64,000 nt of DNA, taken from Octopus vulgaris. Its lineage: Eukaryota. This document shows positions 25,679 to 38,284 of the stretch, piece after piece. The notes beneath the pieces were generated by a model. The model ran no database searches. It worked only from the letters and a program-made list of their open reading frames with translations, and had not been told where the DNA came from. A program made the position numbers and the translations under genes. The stretch lies in contig OX597820.1 of NCBI GenBank assembly GCA_951406725.2, forward strand, positions 1,116,001-1,180,000, in the 5' to 3' direction. Numbering within the stretch: position 1 is the stretch's first letter; each line of letters begins with the position of its first letter.

Positions 25679-26367
25679 AATGAAAGACGGAAGATGGAAT
25701 ATATGAGAATTTATTGTTAATGACGACAGTTGTTTCGACACACCTAGCATCGATTCCTCTTGGGTGGGACACTCAACAACTGGTTCAGGAGTATCCGGTG
25801 GTGCAGATGTATCTCGTCGGGTGATAAATAATTACAACTTGTTAAAATGATTGTTCTGCAATGTAACTTCCCGTTTTGTAGAGAGAAAAGCAGCCGAACG
25901 GAGGAAATATCTTCATTTATATACAAGATCAAAAATAAAATCAAAGATGGCAAAAAGAGAAACGAACATGTACATCCCATGCCGGTGGCAAGTAAAAAGT
26001 GCCATTTCAGCATGATTGATGCCAGTGCTTCCTGACTACCCCCCCCCCCCACGTGCCAACACTCAGTACACCCTTCGAGTGGCTGGCATTAGGAAGGACA
26101 TCCGGCTGTGGAAACCTTGCCAGATCAGATTGGAGCCTGGTGCAGCCTTCTGGCTTGCCAGTCCCCAGTCAAACCATCCAGCCCGTGCCAGCATGGAAAG
26201 TGGATGTTAAACAATGATGATGATGATGATATATATATATAGGTGCAGGTATATCTGTGTGGTAAGTAGCTTGCTTCCCAACCACATAGTTCTAGGTTCA
26301 GTCCCACTGTGTGGAACCTTGAGCAAGTGTCTTCCACTATAGTCTCAGGCTGACCAAAGCCTTGTGA

Positions 26368-26404
<37 letters not shown>

Positions 26405-26556
26405 TATATGTGTATATATATATATATGTATGTATGTATATATGTGTATATATATATATGTATATATATATATAATTATATATGTATGTATATATATGTG
26501 TTTATATATATAATTATATATTTATATATGTATATATACATATAATTATATATTTA

Positions 26557-26588
<32 letters not shown>

Positions 26589-28939
26589 GTTAAATACCTT
26601 AATTGCTATTGGTTACAGTCAAGATTTTGTTAATTGGTAGACTGACATGAAGAAACCAGTCATTTTAACAGTATTGCCTTCAAGACTACATGTTTCTTTG
26701 TCTTTCCTTCTTTCTCGGTGCTTCAAGAACTTTCCATTAAGTAATGATATACAATACTTCTTTATTCTATGTGGAAAGTTCGCTTTATAGAAATAGTTGT
26801 AATCTATACAAAGTCTGTTTAGAAAGACTATTGTTTCTATTTTTTATGTGCAACAGAATAGATCAGTGAAAGCTTTATTTACTCTGATATTCGTTTTGAG
26901 ATATCTCTTGTGAATGTAAAATGTCAAACAACACAGAAATATGTCAGGAGCAGAGGAAAATTGTTGAGCAGTGGTGGTTGTATTGCAAAATGTGCATTTC
27001 TGCCTCCTTACGCTTCATCAGTAGTAGGTATCCTCTAGCAACTGCATGCTAAGCCATAAATCAGCTGCTAGCAAGGTTTCGTTGGCCTGGGAGCATAGTA
27101 GAAGACACTTGCCCAAGCTGCAGCACAGTGGAACTAAAGCCAGAACCTACATGGATAGGAAGCTAGTTCCTTACACACACAGTCACACCCGGTACCGATC
27201 CATACCCATGCACCATCATCATTAAATGTCTGATTTTCATGCTGGCATGGACTCAACAGTTCAACAGAACCCAGCAAGCCGTGGAGTCACAATGAGCTCC
27301 AATGTCAGCCTTAGCAGGAATTCTACAGCTAGATGCCCTTCCTTATGCCAACCACTTTATTATAGAGTGTACTGGGTGCTTTTTCCAAAATGCTGGTGAA
27401 TCATTACCTTATAAGGTGCACTCGACTCTTCACCCCCCCCTCCCTTACTATCTGATGACTAACATTGATTATTTTGTGAAAGATATGTTTTGTAAGAACA
27501 CTTTGACAGTGCAGTATTTATCAGACGGAGGGAAGCATCTGAATCGCATGGGGTGAAGGGGGAGGAGGGAGAAAACACGAGCAACAAAAGGGAACATGCA
27601 ACAATGGATGCAAAGCAAAAAAAATAAAATAATGAGTGAGAGAAACAGAACATTTTTTTTGTTTATTTCAGATAATAATAATAATAATAATAATCACAAC
27701 AATTATACTGTTATAGTTATTATTGTTGTTATTGTGTTTATTCCAACAGTTGAATGAAATAGCTAAGCCATGGACAAACCAGCTGAGATGGAGAAGAATC
27801 AGTTTTCAAAAGAATGTGGAGTGAGGTAACAATGTAGTTTAGCTTTCTCACAGAAACAGTTCCTGACCATAAAAGACATATATATTATATATATATATAT
27901 GTGTGTGTATGTGTGAATATATTTCTTTAGTTGTTTTGTAGTTTAACAATTACAGGAAGAAGATATCAAAATATATTTAGGATCAGAAGAGAACAGTAAT
28001 TAGTTTCCTTCAGAGAGAAAAAAAAGGACCTCAGATAACCACTCAATGAAAGATAAAACTCTCTCATTATATAATAAATTAATTAAAAAAAAACAAAACA
28101 AATGAAAGTGCTTTTAAAGCCTTGCAAAAAAGATTTGAAAACAAACCCACAATTGAAGACGATGAGAAAGACACAAGTCTACCTGAAGATGTAGGCAATG
28201 TCTGTTCTTAGCCTCATCAGTAGATTTAATGGGGCCTAAAATTAAAGCTGTTACCTATTTTTCTTCAGAATATCGGCAAAAGACCTGTCATTCGGGAAGG
28301 ATTGGAGGCTAGATGATTATATTGACCCCTGAGTCCAACTGGTATTTGGTTTATCAGCCTCCAAAGAATGAAAGGCAAAAGCCGGCCTTAACGGAATTGG
28401 AACTCAGAACACAAAGCCAGAAGAAAGAAACGCCACTACATATTTGCCTTCAGTGTCTGTGGTACAGCAGCTTCAACCATTCCCTTTTCAGCCAATGACT
28501 ATTGGTGAATGTATATACTACAATTACATTAGACGTTGCATTGAACATCAAAACAATTTAGAGCCAATCTAACAGCTTTTGGGTGTTTAGATGTCAAACG
28601 GAGCGTTCAAACAATTTAGATCTATGACAGCACCAAAAGGTATTCTAACACTTAGGGCTGTTAGCTATCCTTTATTAAGATTTCTTTTAACAGACACCAG
28701 GGCATTATATATATACATACATCTCACCATTAAATTATACAGGTTACTGATTGCTTAGATATAATAATAACGATTATATATACATATACACACTGTAGAT
28801 ATATTACACGCATTAGATATATCTAGTATGCAGATATACATATGACTATTATATATATATCAACATTATTAATTGCTTAGATATACTACTGGTCATTACA
28901 TTCACAACCACTGACCAGTAATATACAGTTAGCCATTAC

Positions 28940-28974
<35 letters not shown>

Positions 28975-29390
28975 TATATCAACATTAGAGCTATTTTGAT
29001 AGCCAGGAGATATGTTGACTAAAACATACATACATATTCTTAGCCAGTAAGATATATGATGTACTGACTACTGACCATTAGCTGAATAGGTAGATATATG
29101 GGCAACTAAGTTAACAAGGGATGTTATTCTGAATTCAGAGTTAATTTGACATTTGCCTCTGGGAGAAAATAAGCAAAAACCTAGTGGTAATTGTTAGAGA
29201 GCCTCAATGAAAAAGGAAGATAATGTCAAAGAAATTAAGAATCAATTTCATAAATTTAGTTTACATGCATAGAGGCAAGTCTGATCTTTGTAAGCAAAGG
29301 GACAACTATGGACATGTTTCAGTTTATTAGACCTCCTCAGTGTGGTATTGTCTACTGAAGCTGGTTTTGTTCAATTGCCAATAGTTTTTT

Positions 29391-29440
<50 letters not shown>

Positions 29441-29621
29441 TATATAGAAAAGGACTTTTAGCCAAGTTAATTTATAATATTAAAAATATAAAATGAGTTA
29501 AAGGAAAATAACTCAAGTGGGCCAATGGCATTAACTCAAAACAAATTAAGGAGTGATGTACTGAATGGTATACGTAGAATGTTCTTAATTAAGATACACT
29601 AGTATGCTAATGACTCCTTAG

Positions 29622-29713
29622 TTAATTATTACAACCAAGACTTTTCTTGCCTTTCAATACAACTGCAGGTTTGTCAGGGAGTTGTGAAAAGTTGGGGGGA
29701 AGCAAACATCTAA
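29622..29713 (-). CDS. TnI: Candidate alternative terminal exon of troponin I
   Basis: ttttgctttcctgtttcag acceptor, phase 1; (V)RCLLPPNFSQLPDKPAVVLKGKKSLGCNN-TAA. Confidence 0.5.
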
Positions 29714-29944
29714 CTGAAACAGGAAAGCAAAATGAGCTGTTATTTGGGAAGTGACTTTTCAGTTTAAAAAATGGAAATAAAAAGATTGAATTATTATTTA
29801 AACTAATGGTCAAATATGGTAAAAAAAAAAAATAATAATAATAATAAGCCTAAGAGGACAAGAGAAAGAAACAAAACAAAACAGAAAAAAAGGCAAAAAA
29901 AGTCATGTATATCGAGATGAGATGTTGAACACACGGAAGAACAG

Positions 29945-29960
29945 TTTATTAATATTTATT
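29945..29960 (-). terminator. Tandem polyadenylation signals of the troponin I proximal terminal exon
   Basis: Two AATAAA on - (29955-29960, 29945-29950) followed by GU/U-rich downstream sequence. Confidence 0.65.
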
Positions 29961-30284
29961 ATTTTGGTTGGTGTTTCAACAGATGTCAGTCAAGAATGGT
30001 AGATTTTATGTTTTCTTGTACAACTAAGCAAAAAAAAAATTAACATAAACCAAAAAAAAAAAAAAAAAAAACAGAAAATTCCTGTTCCGAAGCTAGATTT
30101 CTCTTTATTTTTTACAAAACATAGCACTCAAGGGGGAGGAGAGAGAGGTGAAGGAGTGGAGAAAGGGGATCTGATGCAGGCTAGGATGACACTATGGAGT
30201 AGAGATGTCTTCTGGAACTTCCATGTTGTTGTTGTTTCACTGGCCTGCTTCTCACCCTTACATCAAACGCCGACTTCATGCACC

Positions 30285-30292
30285 TCATTCTT
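30285..30292 (-). CDS. TnI: Troponin I terminal coding exon (EE-stop)
   Basis: Strong ttttctgttttgcag acceptor, phase 1; (G)AA GAA TGA, followed by UTR-like sequence and AATAAA signals. Confidence 0.8.
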
Positions 30293-30529
30293 CTGCAAAA
30301 CAGAAAATAAAAACACATAAATATGAAGAAAAACCATTTTTTAAAAAAAATCTTAAAACAACTAACACACTAGAATTTTTTTTTTTATATCAAACATTGT
30401 TATCTTCTACAAAGTCAAGAAATCAAAATATCAGAACTCAATTGATGAGGCCCTTTTCAAGGGCTAGCATGTGGCCCCATTCCCCATGGCTTTCCATCTA
30501 GCTCAGTCTACTATTTCCTGCAGAAGATA

Positions 30530-30640
30530 GGTCTGAAACCCGACAACTGAAGAAAGCCACCTAGAAAATAAGCAAGGCAGCTGAAACTGGCTCAAGATGG
30601 TTCCGGTTGAGAAGTGAGCGCAAGCGACTGCAGGAAGAAA
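30530..30640 (+). mobile_element. Possible 3' end of a REL-type (HERO-like) non-LTR ORF
   Basis: RKISKAAETGSRWFRLR resembles the AExxSxWLWLRR C-terminus of such elements. Confidence 0.35.
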
Positions 30641-31034
30641 TAACTGACAACACTGACAAAGAATTCACAGAAGATTCTATGACAGGCCAGAAGGGCTTTA
30701 ACTGTGTTGGTCTTCTACAAATACTTAGAGCAATAATTAGGTGCTAAGAGAGAGACATACTGCTTGGAGAGAATGGCAAGCTTACTGATACAGCAATCTG
30801 TGGCTGGAGCATCACAACTGGACCATCACAACTGCACTGTATTTGTGGTAATCAAATTCCAGTCTACTGTTGGTCATCTGTTTTAATCATCGGCTGAATG
30901 TGGTGAGAATGGAGACATAACATGAGGCTGCTTCAACATTCTGCAATTACTGCCAAAAGCAGCCTTTTTATAGGGCACAAGGAGAAGACCCAAGAAGATT
31001 GAATCATGCAATGGTTTTGACACTGAATGGAGGA

Positions 31035-31633
31035 GAGGACTAGTCGATTACATCAACCCAAGTGTTTCACTGGTACTTAGTTTATCGACCCCGAAAGGAT
31101 GAAAAGCAAAGTTGACCTCAGCAGTATTTGAACTCCAAACATAAAGATAGATGAAATACTGCCAAGCATCTCACCAGGCGTGCTAACGTTTCTGCCAGCT
31201 GGCCACCACCAATAATAATCCTTTCTACTATAAGCAGAAGGCCTGAAATCTGGGAGAAGGGTCTAGTCAATTACATCGACCCCCCCCCCCCAGTGCTTAT
31301 TTCATCGACCTCAAAAGGATGAAAGGCAAAGTCGACCTCAGCAGAATTTGAACTTTGAGTGTAAAGATGGGTGAAAAACCGCTAAGCCCGGTGTGCCAAT
31401 GATTCCACCAGCTCACCACTAGCCAGCTACTCTAGGCACAAGGCCTGAAATTTTGGGGGAACGGGCAATTCAATTACATTGACCCCCAGTATGCAACTGG
31501 TGCTTAATTTATCAACCCTGAAAGGGTGAAAGGCAAAGTCAACCTCGGTGGAATTGAACTCAGAATATAGCTGCAGACAAAATACTGCTAAGCATTTTCC
31601 CCAGCATGCTAACTATTCTGCCAGCTCACCACC

Positions 31634-31679
<46 letters not shown>

Positions 31680-31906
31680 TAATAATAATAACAATAATAA
31701 TAATAACAATAATAATAATAATAATAATGATAATAATAATAATAATAATAACAATAATAATAATAATAATGATGATGGTTTCAAATTTTGTCACAAAACC
31801 AGCAAGGCCAGGGGAAGAGGCCAAGTTGATTATATTGACCCCAGTGTTCAACTGGTACTTATCTTATTGACTCCAGAAACAATGAAATGTAAAGTCGACC
31901 CTGGCA

Positions 31907-31945
<39 letters not shown>

Positions 31946-31953
31946 CAATAATG

Positions 31954-31999
<46 letters not shown>

Positions 32000-32057
32000 C
32001 AACAACAATTACAATTTTGAATATTGACATGAGGTTAGAGTGATTTGAACTCAGAAC
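31035..32057 (-). mobile_element. Tandem cluster of four family-A SINEs joined by (AAT)n
   Basis: Head-to-tail copies starting near 31035, 31211, 31430 and 31776, with long (AAT)n tracts. Confidence 0.85.
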
Positions 32058-32084
32058 ACCACCAACATGAAGAACAATACTAAC

Positions 32085-32176
32085 CAGCTGCACCGTCTTC
32101 CTCCTTTTGGGACTCATGTGTGGATTTCAAAGTAGGACGGAAGTTTTCAGCCTTCTTCCTCTCCAACTTGGCAAGC
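32085..32176 (-). CDS. TnI: Troponin I coding exon (C-terminal region)
   Basis: ctttgcag / GTTAGT, phase 2/1; LAKLERKKAENFRPTLKSTHESQKEEDGAA with an FRxxLK motif. Confidence 0.92.
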
Positions 32177-32284
32177 CTGCAAAGAGGGGAAAAAGACAAA
32201 GAACGTACAGAGAATACACGATTGAAAGGTTGGGAGGTCAGTAAACACAGCATCTCCTTTTATATTAATGCTTTTACCATTTAC

Positions 32285-32580
32285 ATGAAGGCACATGGCT
32301 TAGTGGTTCGGGTATTGCATGCACAATTGCTAGTTCATGGGTTCAATTCCAGGACTGAGTAGTGTGTTGTGTTCTTGAGCAAAACACTTCATTTCACGTT
32401 GGTCCAGTCCACTCAGCTGTAAATGGGTACACCCTACAATGGAATAGCCTTCTGGTCACCGGGGAATGTTGGCCTGCGCATCTAGCCAGCATGATGGCAT
32501 CATTTAAAAGCTCAAACAATACAAAGTGCATTGTGACTAGCGATGTATGACAATATCTGATAGTCTTGTCGATACCATGA
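32285..32580 (+). mobile_element. tRNA-derived SINE (family D)
   Basis: TGGCTTAGTGGTT A box and GGTTCAATTCC B box then TGTGTTCTTGAGCAAAACAC; related copies at about 150-375 (-) and 53820-54070 (-). Confidence 0.7.
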
Positions 32581-33169
32581 CACCATAATACCATTTACAA
32601 AACCTGATAGCATAACTCTGTCAGTTTAGTCAGTATAATAAATGTTGTTTTTTACATTGAAATCAGAAAATTTAATTTTTTTAAATTTGTAAAAACAATA
32701 TTAAAAAACTCAGTGTTTAAATCTAAACACATTATCTAAATATATTGTGGAGGAAATAATAATTTTAAAATGAAATAATGTTTTAAAAGTAGCAAAGATG
32801 TCAGCAAATTTATTTTTCAGGGAGGCTGCTCGTTTTTCCATCATACTTTAACCTGTCAACACCTGATATAAACCTACTGTCCTTTCCATACATATTTTGT
32901 TGAGGGGGGGTTCCATTTTCTTTTTCCTGTTCTTGTAATGCAAGTTACTTGGCAAGCCCACTAGTGCCAGTGGCACAAAAAAGGCAGTTGGTGCACTCTG
33001 CAAAGTGCTTGAAACCAAACCAAGGATGATACTGGAGCTTGGTGTGACCCTGAAAAACCTTCATTCTTTCCTGTCTTCAAACACATTTTGTGTCCCAGTC
33101 ATCAATTTACAGATACACCGGTTAAACATCCCAGGCAGGCTATAGACACAGCATCTCTTCTTTACACTT

Positions 33170-33650
33170 ATGAGTTCACAGCTGTAACCTACACCAGCGT
33201 CACATAACCAGCCCACTCAAAAAGTATCTTGGATCGTAGGGCGACATGCCATGCTTAAGGAGACCTATTGAGTCAAGTACACCAAAATCAAATCAAATCA
33301 CAATCAAATGGAAATTGTAGTTGTGATCCCTGTGCCGGTGGCATGTAAAAAGCACCATTTGAATGTGGCAGATGCCAGAGCTGCCTTGACTGGTTTCCAT
33401 GCCGGTGGCACATAAAGAGCACCATCCGATTGTAGTCAGTGCCAACCTCCTCTGCAGCCTGTGCTGGTGGCACATAAAATGCACCCACTACACTCACAGA
33501 GTGGTTGGCGTTAGGAAGGGCATCCAGCTGTAGAAACTCTGCCAGATCAGACTGGAGCCTGGTGCAGCCTCCTGGCTTCCCAGACCCCACCTGAACCGTC
33601 CAACCCATGCCAGCATGGAAAACGGATGTTAAATGATGAAGATGATGAAT
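33170..33650 (+). mobile_element. SINE-like element with internal tandem units and (GAT)n tail (family C)
   Basis: GGTTGGCGTTAGGAAGGGCATCCAGCTGTAGAA...CCAACCCATGCCAGCATGGAAAACGGATGTTAAA(TGA)n. Other copies near 5510, 9960 (-), 22190 (-), 23120 (-), 23885, 25980, 27215 (-), 34355, 39427 (-), 40050. Confidence 0.8.
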
Positions 33651-33708
33651 GACACCTGCAACAGGTAATAATAAATACAAGAGGCATCAATCAATCGTTT
33701 TCACTTAC

Positions 33709-33750
33709 TTGGCTTCTGTTTTGGATACTTTTTTGAGAACAGGTTTGACA
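33709..33750 (-). CDS. TnI: Troponin I coding exon (inhibitory peptide)
   Basis: ttttacag / GTAAGT, phase 2/2; (F)VKPVLKKVSKTEA(K), completing the GKFVKPxLKKV inhibitory region. Confidence 0.96.
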
Positions 33751-34804
33751 CTGTAAAAGACAAAATTGAGAAATGTTTAAAGTACGATTATAGAAAGAAC
33801 AAAGGGAAAACAAAAATAAATTGAGAGTGAGAGAGAGAGAGAGAGGGAGGGAGGGAGAGAGAGAGATAATGTTAATTACTTCTGTGATAATTCTAATTTT
33901 GACACAAAGGCCAACAATCCTGAAGAAAAGGCAAGTCAATAATACTGGCCCCAGTACTTGACTGGTACTTATTTTATCGACCCTGAGAGGCAAAGTTGAT
34001 CTCAGCAAGATTTGAGCTCAGAACATAAAGATTCAGAAGAAATTCTGCTAAGCTCTTTGTCTGGCATGTTAACGATTCTGGCACGTTAACGATTCTGCCA
34101 CCGGCTCATCTATGGTAATAAGTCGTATTGTGAAATACCTTAACTCACCTGAACAGGTGTATTTATAGTATTTACGTTTATTAGGCTGTGAGGATCAGAA
34201 AATTGTTTTGCAGCCACATAGTTTCAGGTTCAGTCCCATGCAGTGGAACTGAAGAGTCTTTCTACTATAAGTCAATGCCAACCAATGCCTTGAGAGTGAA
34301 TTTGGTAGATGGTAACTCAGTGTGGAAGCCCATCTTATATAAATCTTTGTCTTGCAAGTTACTTGGTGACCTCACCAGTGCTGGTGCCATGTGGAAAAGC
34401 ACTCTGTAAAGAAGTTAGGAAAGGCATTTGGCCCTAGAAACCATGGTCAAAGTAGACGGTGGAGCCTGGCAAGGTCCTTCGGTTGACCAGCTCCAGTCAA
34501 ACTGTCCAATCCATACCAGCATGGAAAACTGATGTTAAATGATGATATATATATAAAAGACCAACTGAAGAGGTCTTCAATCCATTGGCCAATCATGTTT
34601 TAGACATGTCCATGGAAAAAAAAACCATGAAGTCTGAGTAACAATGCTCTGAGTGGCAACTATAGCCTTGGATGCCCGAAATATTTCCTCTTCCAAAGAT
34701 ATTGAGTCTAGTTTCACTTTGTAAAATTACCATTTACACAATAATACTTGAAAACAACACAACTCCATACGTGTGCGTGCATGCATGTGTGTGTGTGTGT
34801 GTGC

Positions 34805-34853
<49 letters not shown>

Positions 34854-34928
34854 TGACTATTTTCAAAAGGCATGTAGACTGAAACTGAAAATGAATCTAA
34901 TAAAATCTGAAGCAAGAGAGATACTCAC

Positions 34929-34972
34929 AATTTGCCTCTGGTGTCATTAACCTTTATTGTGAGGTCATTGAT
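34929..34972 (-). CDS. TnI: Troponin I coding exon
   Basis: ttttcag / GTGAGT, phase 0/2; INDLTIKVNDTRGK(F). Confidence 0.95.
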
Positions 34973-35856
34973 CTGAAAATAGAGAAAGGAATGGTAAGTG
35001 TTAAGAACAGCACTGAAACCAACCATTACATTTCTGATAATCAAGATGGCTTAGAAGAGACCATTGTGGTTTTGAAACACTTGATTAGGTTACCATCGTT
35101 AATATACAAATTTCTGTTATTCCTATTGCAGGCTTAAAAATAAATTACATAAATATGATAAGGAGGGGGTCAGTCGATTACACTGACACCCCCCCCCCCC
35201 CAGTGCTCCATTGGGACCTATTTTATTGACCCAGAAAAGATGAAAGATAAAGCTGACCTCAGTGGAATTTGAACTCAGAAAATAACCATAATATTCTTTG
35301 AACTGGTTGTTCAGCAAACCACAGCTCCAACACCATCAGCCTTTCTTTATAAGTCCAGTGGCAACAAAGAAAGCAACAACAGTGGATGCTACTGAAAGTC
35401 TTCAACTTTGACCCTGCAAGCTAAATGGTGATGGATGTTTTCCACAGACCTAGAGCAGATGAGGATCTCATTGAGTCTTGTTAAGCCCTCATCAGTTGAA
35501 ATGATGAGAAATTCCACCATCTTAGATTTAGTCAAGATTTATAAATTTGGGATTTAAGTTAGAGAAGTTCAAGAATATTTGATTAAAAATTCTGATATTG
35601 ATTACAATGCAGCAAATTTCATTAATTCTATTTCCACATCCACCCTCCATTCTATTCATAAATATATGTTCTCTTTTCTAGTTCCATATCATTTACTGTA
35701 CAACCTACTCAATAATGTTTGGCACAAAATTTTCAACAAAACAACTCCTTGACATATTTTTCTTTCCTTTTTAGGATTATGTCAATTGTTCTAAACTTGG
35801 TTTCAAATTTTGGTACAAAGCCAGCAATTTTGGGTGAAGGGATAATTCAATTACGT

Positions 35857-36147
35857 CAGTGGTTCCCAAACTTTTTCAGGCTGCTGCTCCCTTGGTTTTA
35901 AGGTCACATGCCTAGTGCCTCCCCCCCGCACTCACCATCACAGACATAGACCATTTTCTGCAGCAAGTTCAAACCAACAATATTTCACAAATAAAACTTA
36001 ACTTAATTAACCCTTTATTTTGTTTGTTTTTTTGTTTTTTTACACCCCGTTTTCGTCACCTCATTATCGCCCCATTTTTTTTCAATGTCCCCTGGATCTT
36101 TACACCGCCCCCAGAAGGGGTGGTACCACTCACTTTGGGAACCACTG
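35857..36147. mobile_element. hAT (Charlie-like) MITE nested in a SINE
   Basis: TIRs CAGTGGTTCCCAAA / TTTGGGAACCACTG; 8-bp TSD AATTACGT / AATTACAT; the interrupted SINE continues on both sides. Confidence 0.88.
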
Positions 36148-36479
36148 AATTACATGACCACACCCTTCAACCGATGCTAATTTTATCAACACTCAAAATG
36201 ATGAAAGGCAAAGTTGACCTCAGAAGAATTTTGCACTTAGAATGTAAGAATGGAGAAAATGCTTTGAAGCATTTTGCCTGGCATGCTCACAATTCTGCCA
36301 GCTTGCTACCTTCAATTATGCTAATATTACTAATTAGTTCTTTTAATATCTCCTTTTGTGCTTAATGAATCTGAGGTGTGATACCTACATTAGAAAACAA
36401 AGCAGATTGGTAAAATTCTCCAAATAGCAAGATTATCTTTCCACCACGGATCCACATTTTTTGACAATCTATCTGAGCT

Positions 36480-36745
36480 CAGACTCTCTGACCTTGTTGC
36501 TTGGTTTTCTGAGTTAAACCCTGCTCACAGTGTTCACTTCACTGAAGATCTGGCTGGGTTGATGGTTCATGTTGGTCGACCACATGCCACATGGTCACAG
36601 CAGATGAAGAGGCAACTTGTGGAGATGGAGACTGACTAGGAGTCTGCTTGAGCGGTCGCCCAGAAGGACCTGGGAATCTACTGACAAATGGTGAACGCAG
36701 CAACACACTGCAAAATCACATGCTCCCACACCTGACCCTGACCCT
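36480..36745 (+). mobile_element. Decayed RTE-like LINE 3' end
   Basis: GRPHATWSQQ-like residual coding sequence followed by a short TGACC-type tail (acacctgaccctgacc). Confidence 0.45.
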
Positions 36746-38187
36746 TCTGAGCAGAGCTACGTAATGGGGAGAGTTGCTGTTCACATACTCAAGAACAATC
36801 CACAAATCTCAGTACCTGGGGACATTTTAACATATGTAGCCTCGTTTATCACTGATTCTTTCATCATTGATCTGGGATAACATGATACATTCAATTTTGA
36901 ACCCTGTTATGCTTGTCATGAACTGATCAGGGATAACATGAGTTGGAAATCAGTTGATCCTACTTGAACAGTGGAAGTGCATCCCAGCAACGACTCACAA
37001 AGCTCAGTTACCCAGCATGCACTGGTTGCCATTTGTGTTTCCATGGCCAGGCTGCAAAGCTGTATTTTTTTATATGGGTTTATGTCCTTGTATCCATCAA
37101 CATGGGACCAGTGAAAAGAAAAAAATACAAAGGCACCTGATCCTAATAAACGACACAGATGACTGTATTCTCTACAAGAAAATGTGGAGATGATCAAGGA
37201 AGTACCTGACCGTGGGGGGGCTTCGTTGCTGTGGATCCTGAGTTTGGTGGCAACAAATCTGCCGTCTGTTCCATTTACAAACTGAATGGAGATGATTTAT
37301 TTATTGCTGTTGTTTTTTTTTGTTTTCTTTTGCTTTTGGAACCAAACCTCCATGATAAACGATGATAGATGAAAAACTCGTTAAGTTTCTCATTATGAAT
37401 TTAACTTCTTTGAACAATGGTTTTTTTTGCTTTTTTTTTTAGTTTGATATGTCTTCAAAATTTATAACACAAATCTTTCTACTTTAACCCTTTTCATACT
37501 ACCCTGTCTGAGACTGTCCCTAATTCTATGACACAAATTCCTTGTTTTAAAAACAACTGAAATTAAAACCTTCTATCAAAATTTCATGTCGACGTCATTT
37601 CACTGCATTCTTCATTATTCTCAAATTTAAATGAAGCAAAGAGTATTTCCCCAGAAAGGGGTTCAAGGGGTCTTCATTAAAACCTAAATGTTATTTTACT
37701 AAATTTGCCGTTTCCAGATCAGTTATTTTCAAATCATTTCTGTAAATGTTTCTACAAAAGAAGCACAAGACAGCTTCCTGGTCTCATATTGGTTATTCAC
37801 CAAATATCATGCGTATTATTTCCCAAAACATGAAATATTTTATTTAAATAGTATTGAAGAGCAATTATAATTACGTTAATTATAATTGCATTAATTTCTT
37901 TTGGCTAAGCAGAAGAGTAGCAACAGATGTTTTTTTTTAATAAGTCTTGGAATTGTCTCAAAATCAATAGCAGAAATGTTAAAATTGCTTGAAATGAGCA
38001 GAAAGCCAAACGTTTTAGGCAAAGGAAAAAATAAGAACATGTTATATTCAGCGTTTTCTCAAAGGTGTGAAGATTGTAAAATGACCTGGTTCCAATGAAG
38101 AACTGGAGCAACAAATTTTTATAAGGAAATTTAGTGTGCCATAATCTCTTGAGTATCACAGAAACAGAGAAAGAAGGAGAGACAGAA

Positions 38188-38234
<47 letters not shown>

Positions 38235-38284
38235 CATAGAGAGGCACAGAGAGAGAGAGAGAGAGAGAAAGAAAGAGAGAGTAC

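Noticed and set aside
32285-32360. tRNA-like A/B boxes here and in other SINE heads
   Set aside because: No complete cloverleaf, and each continues into a SINE body, so they are not tRNA genes.
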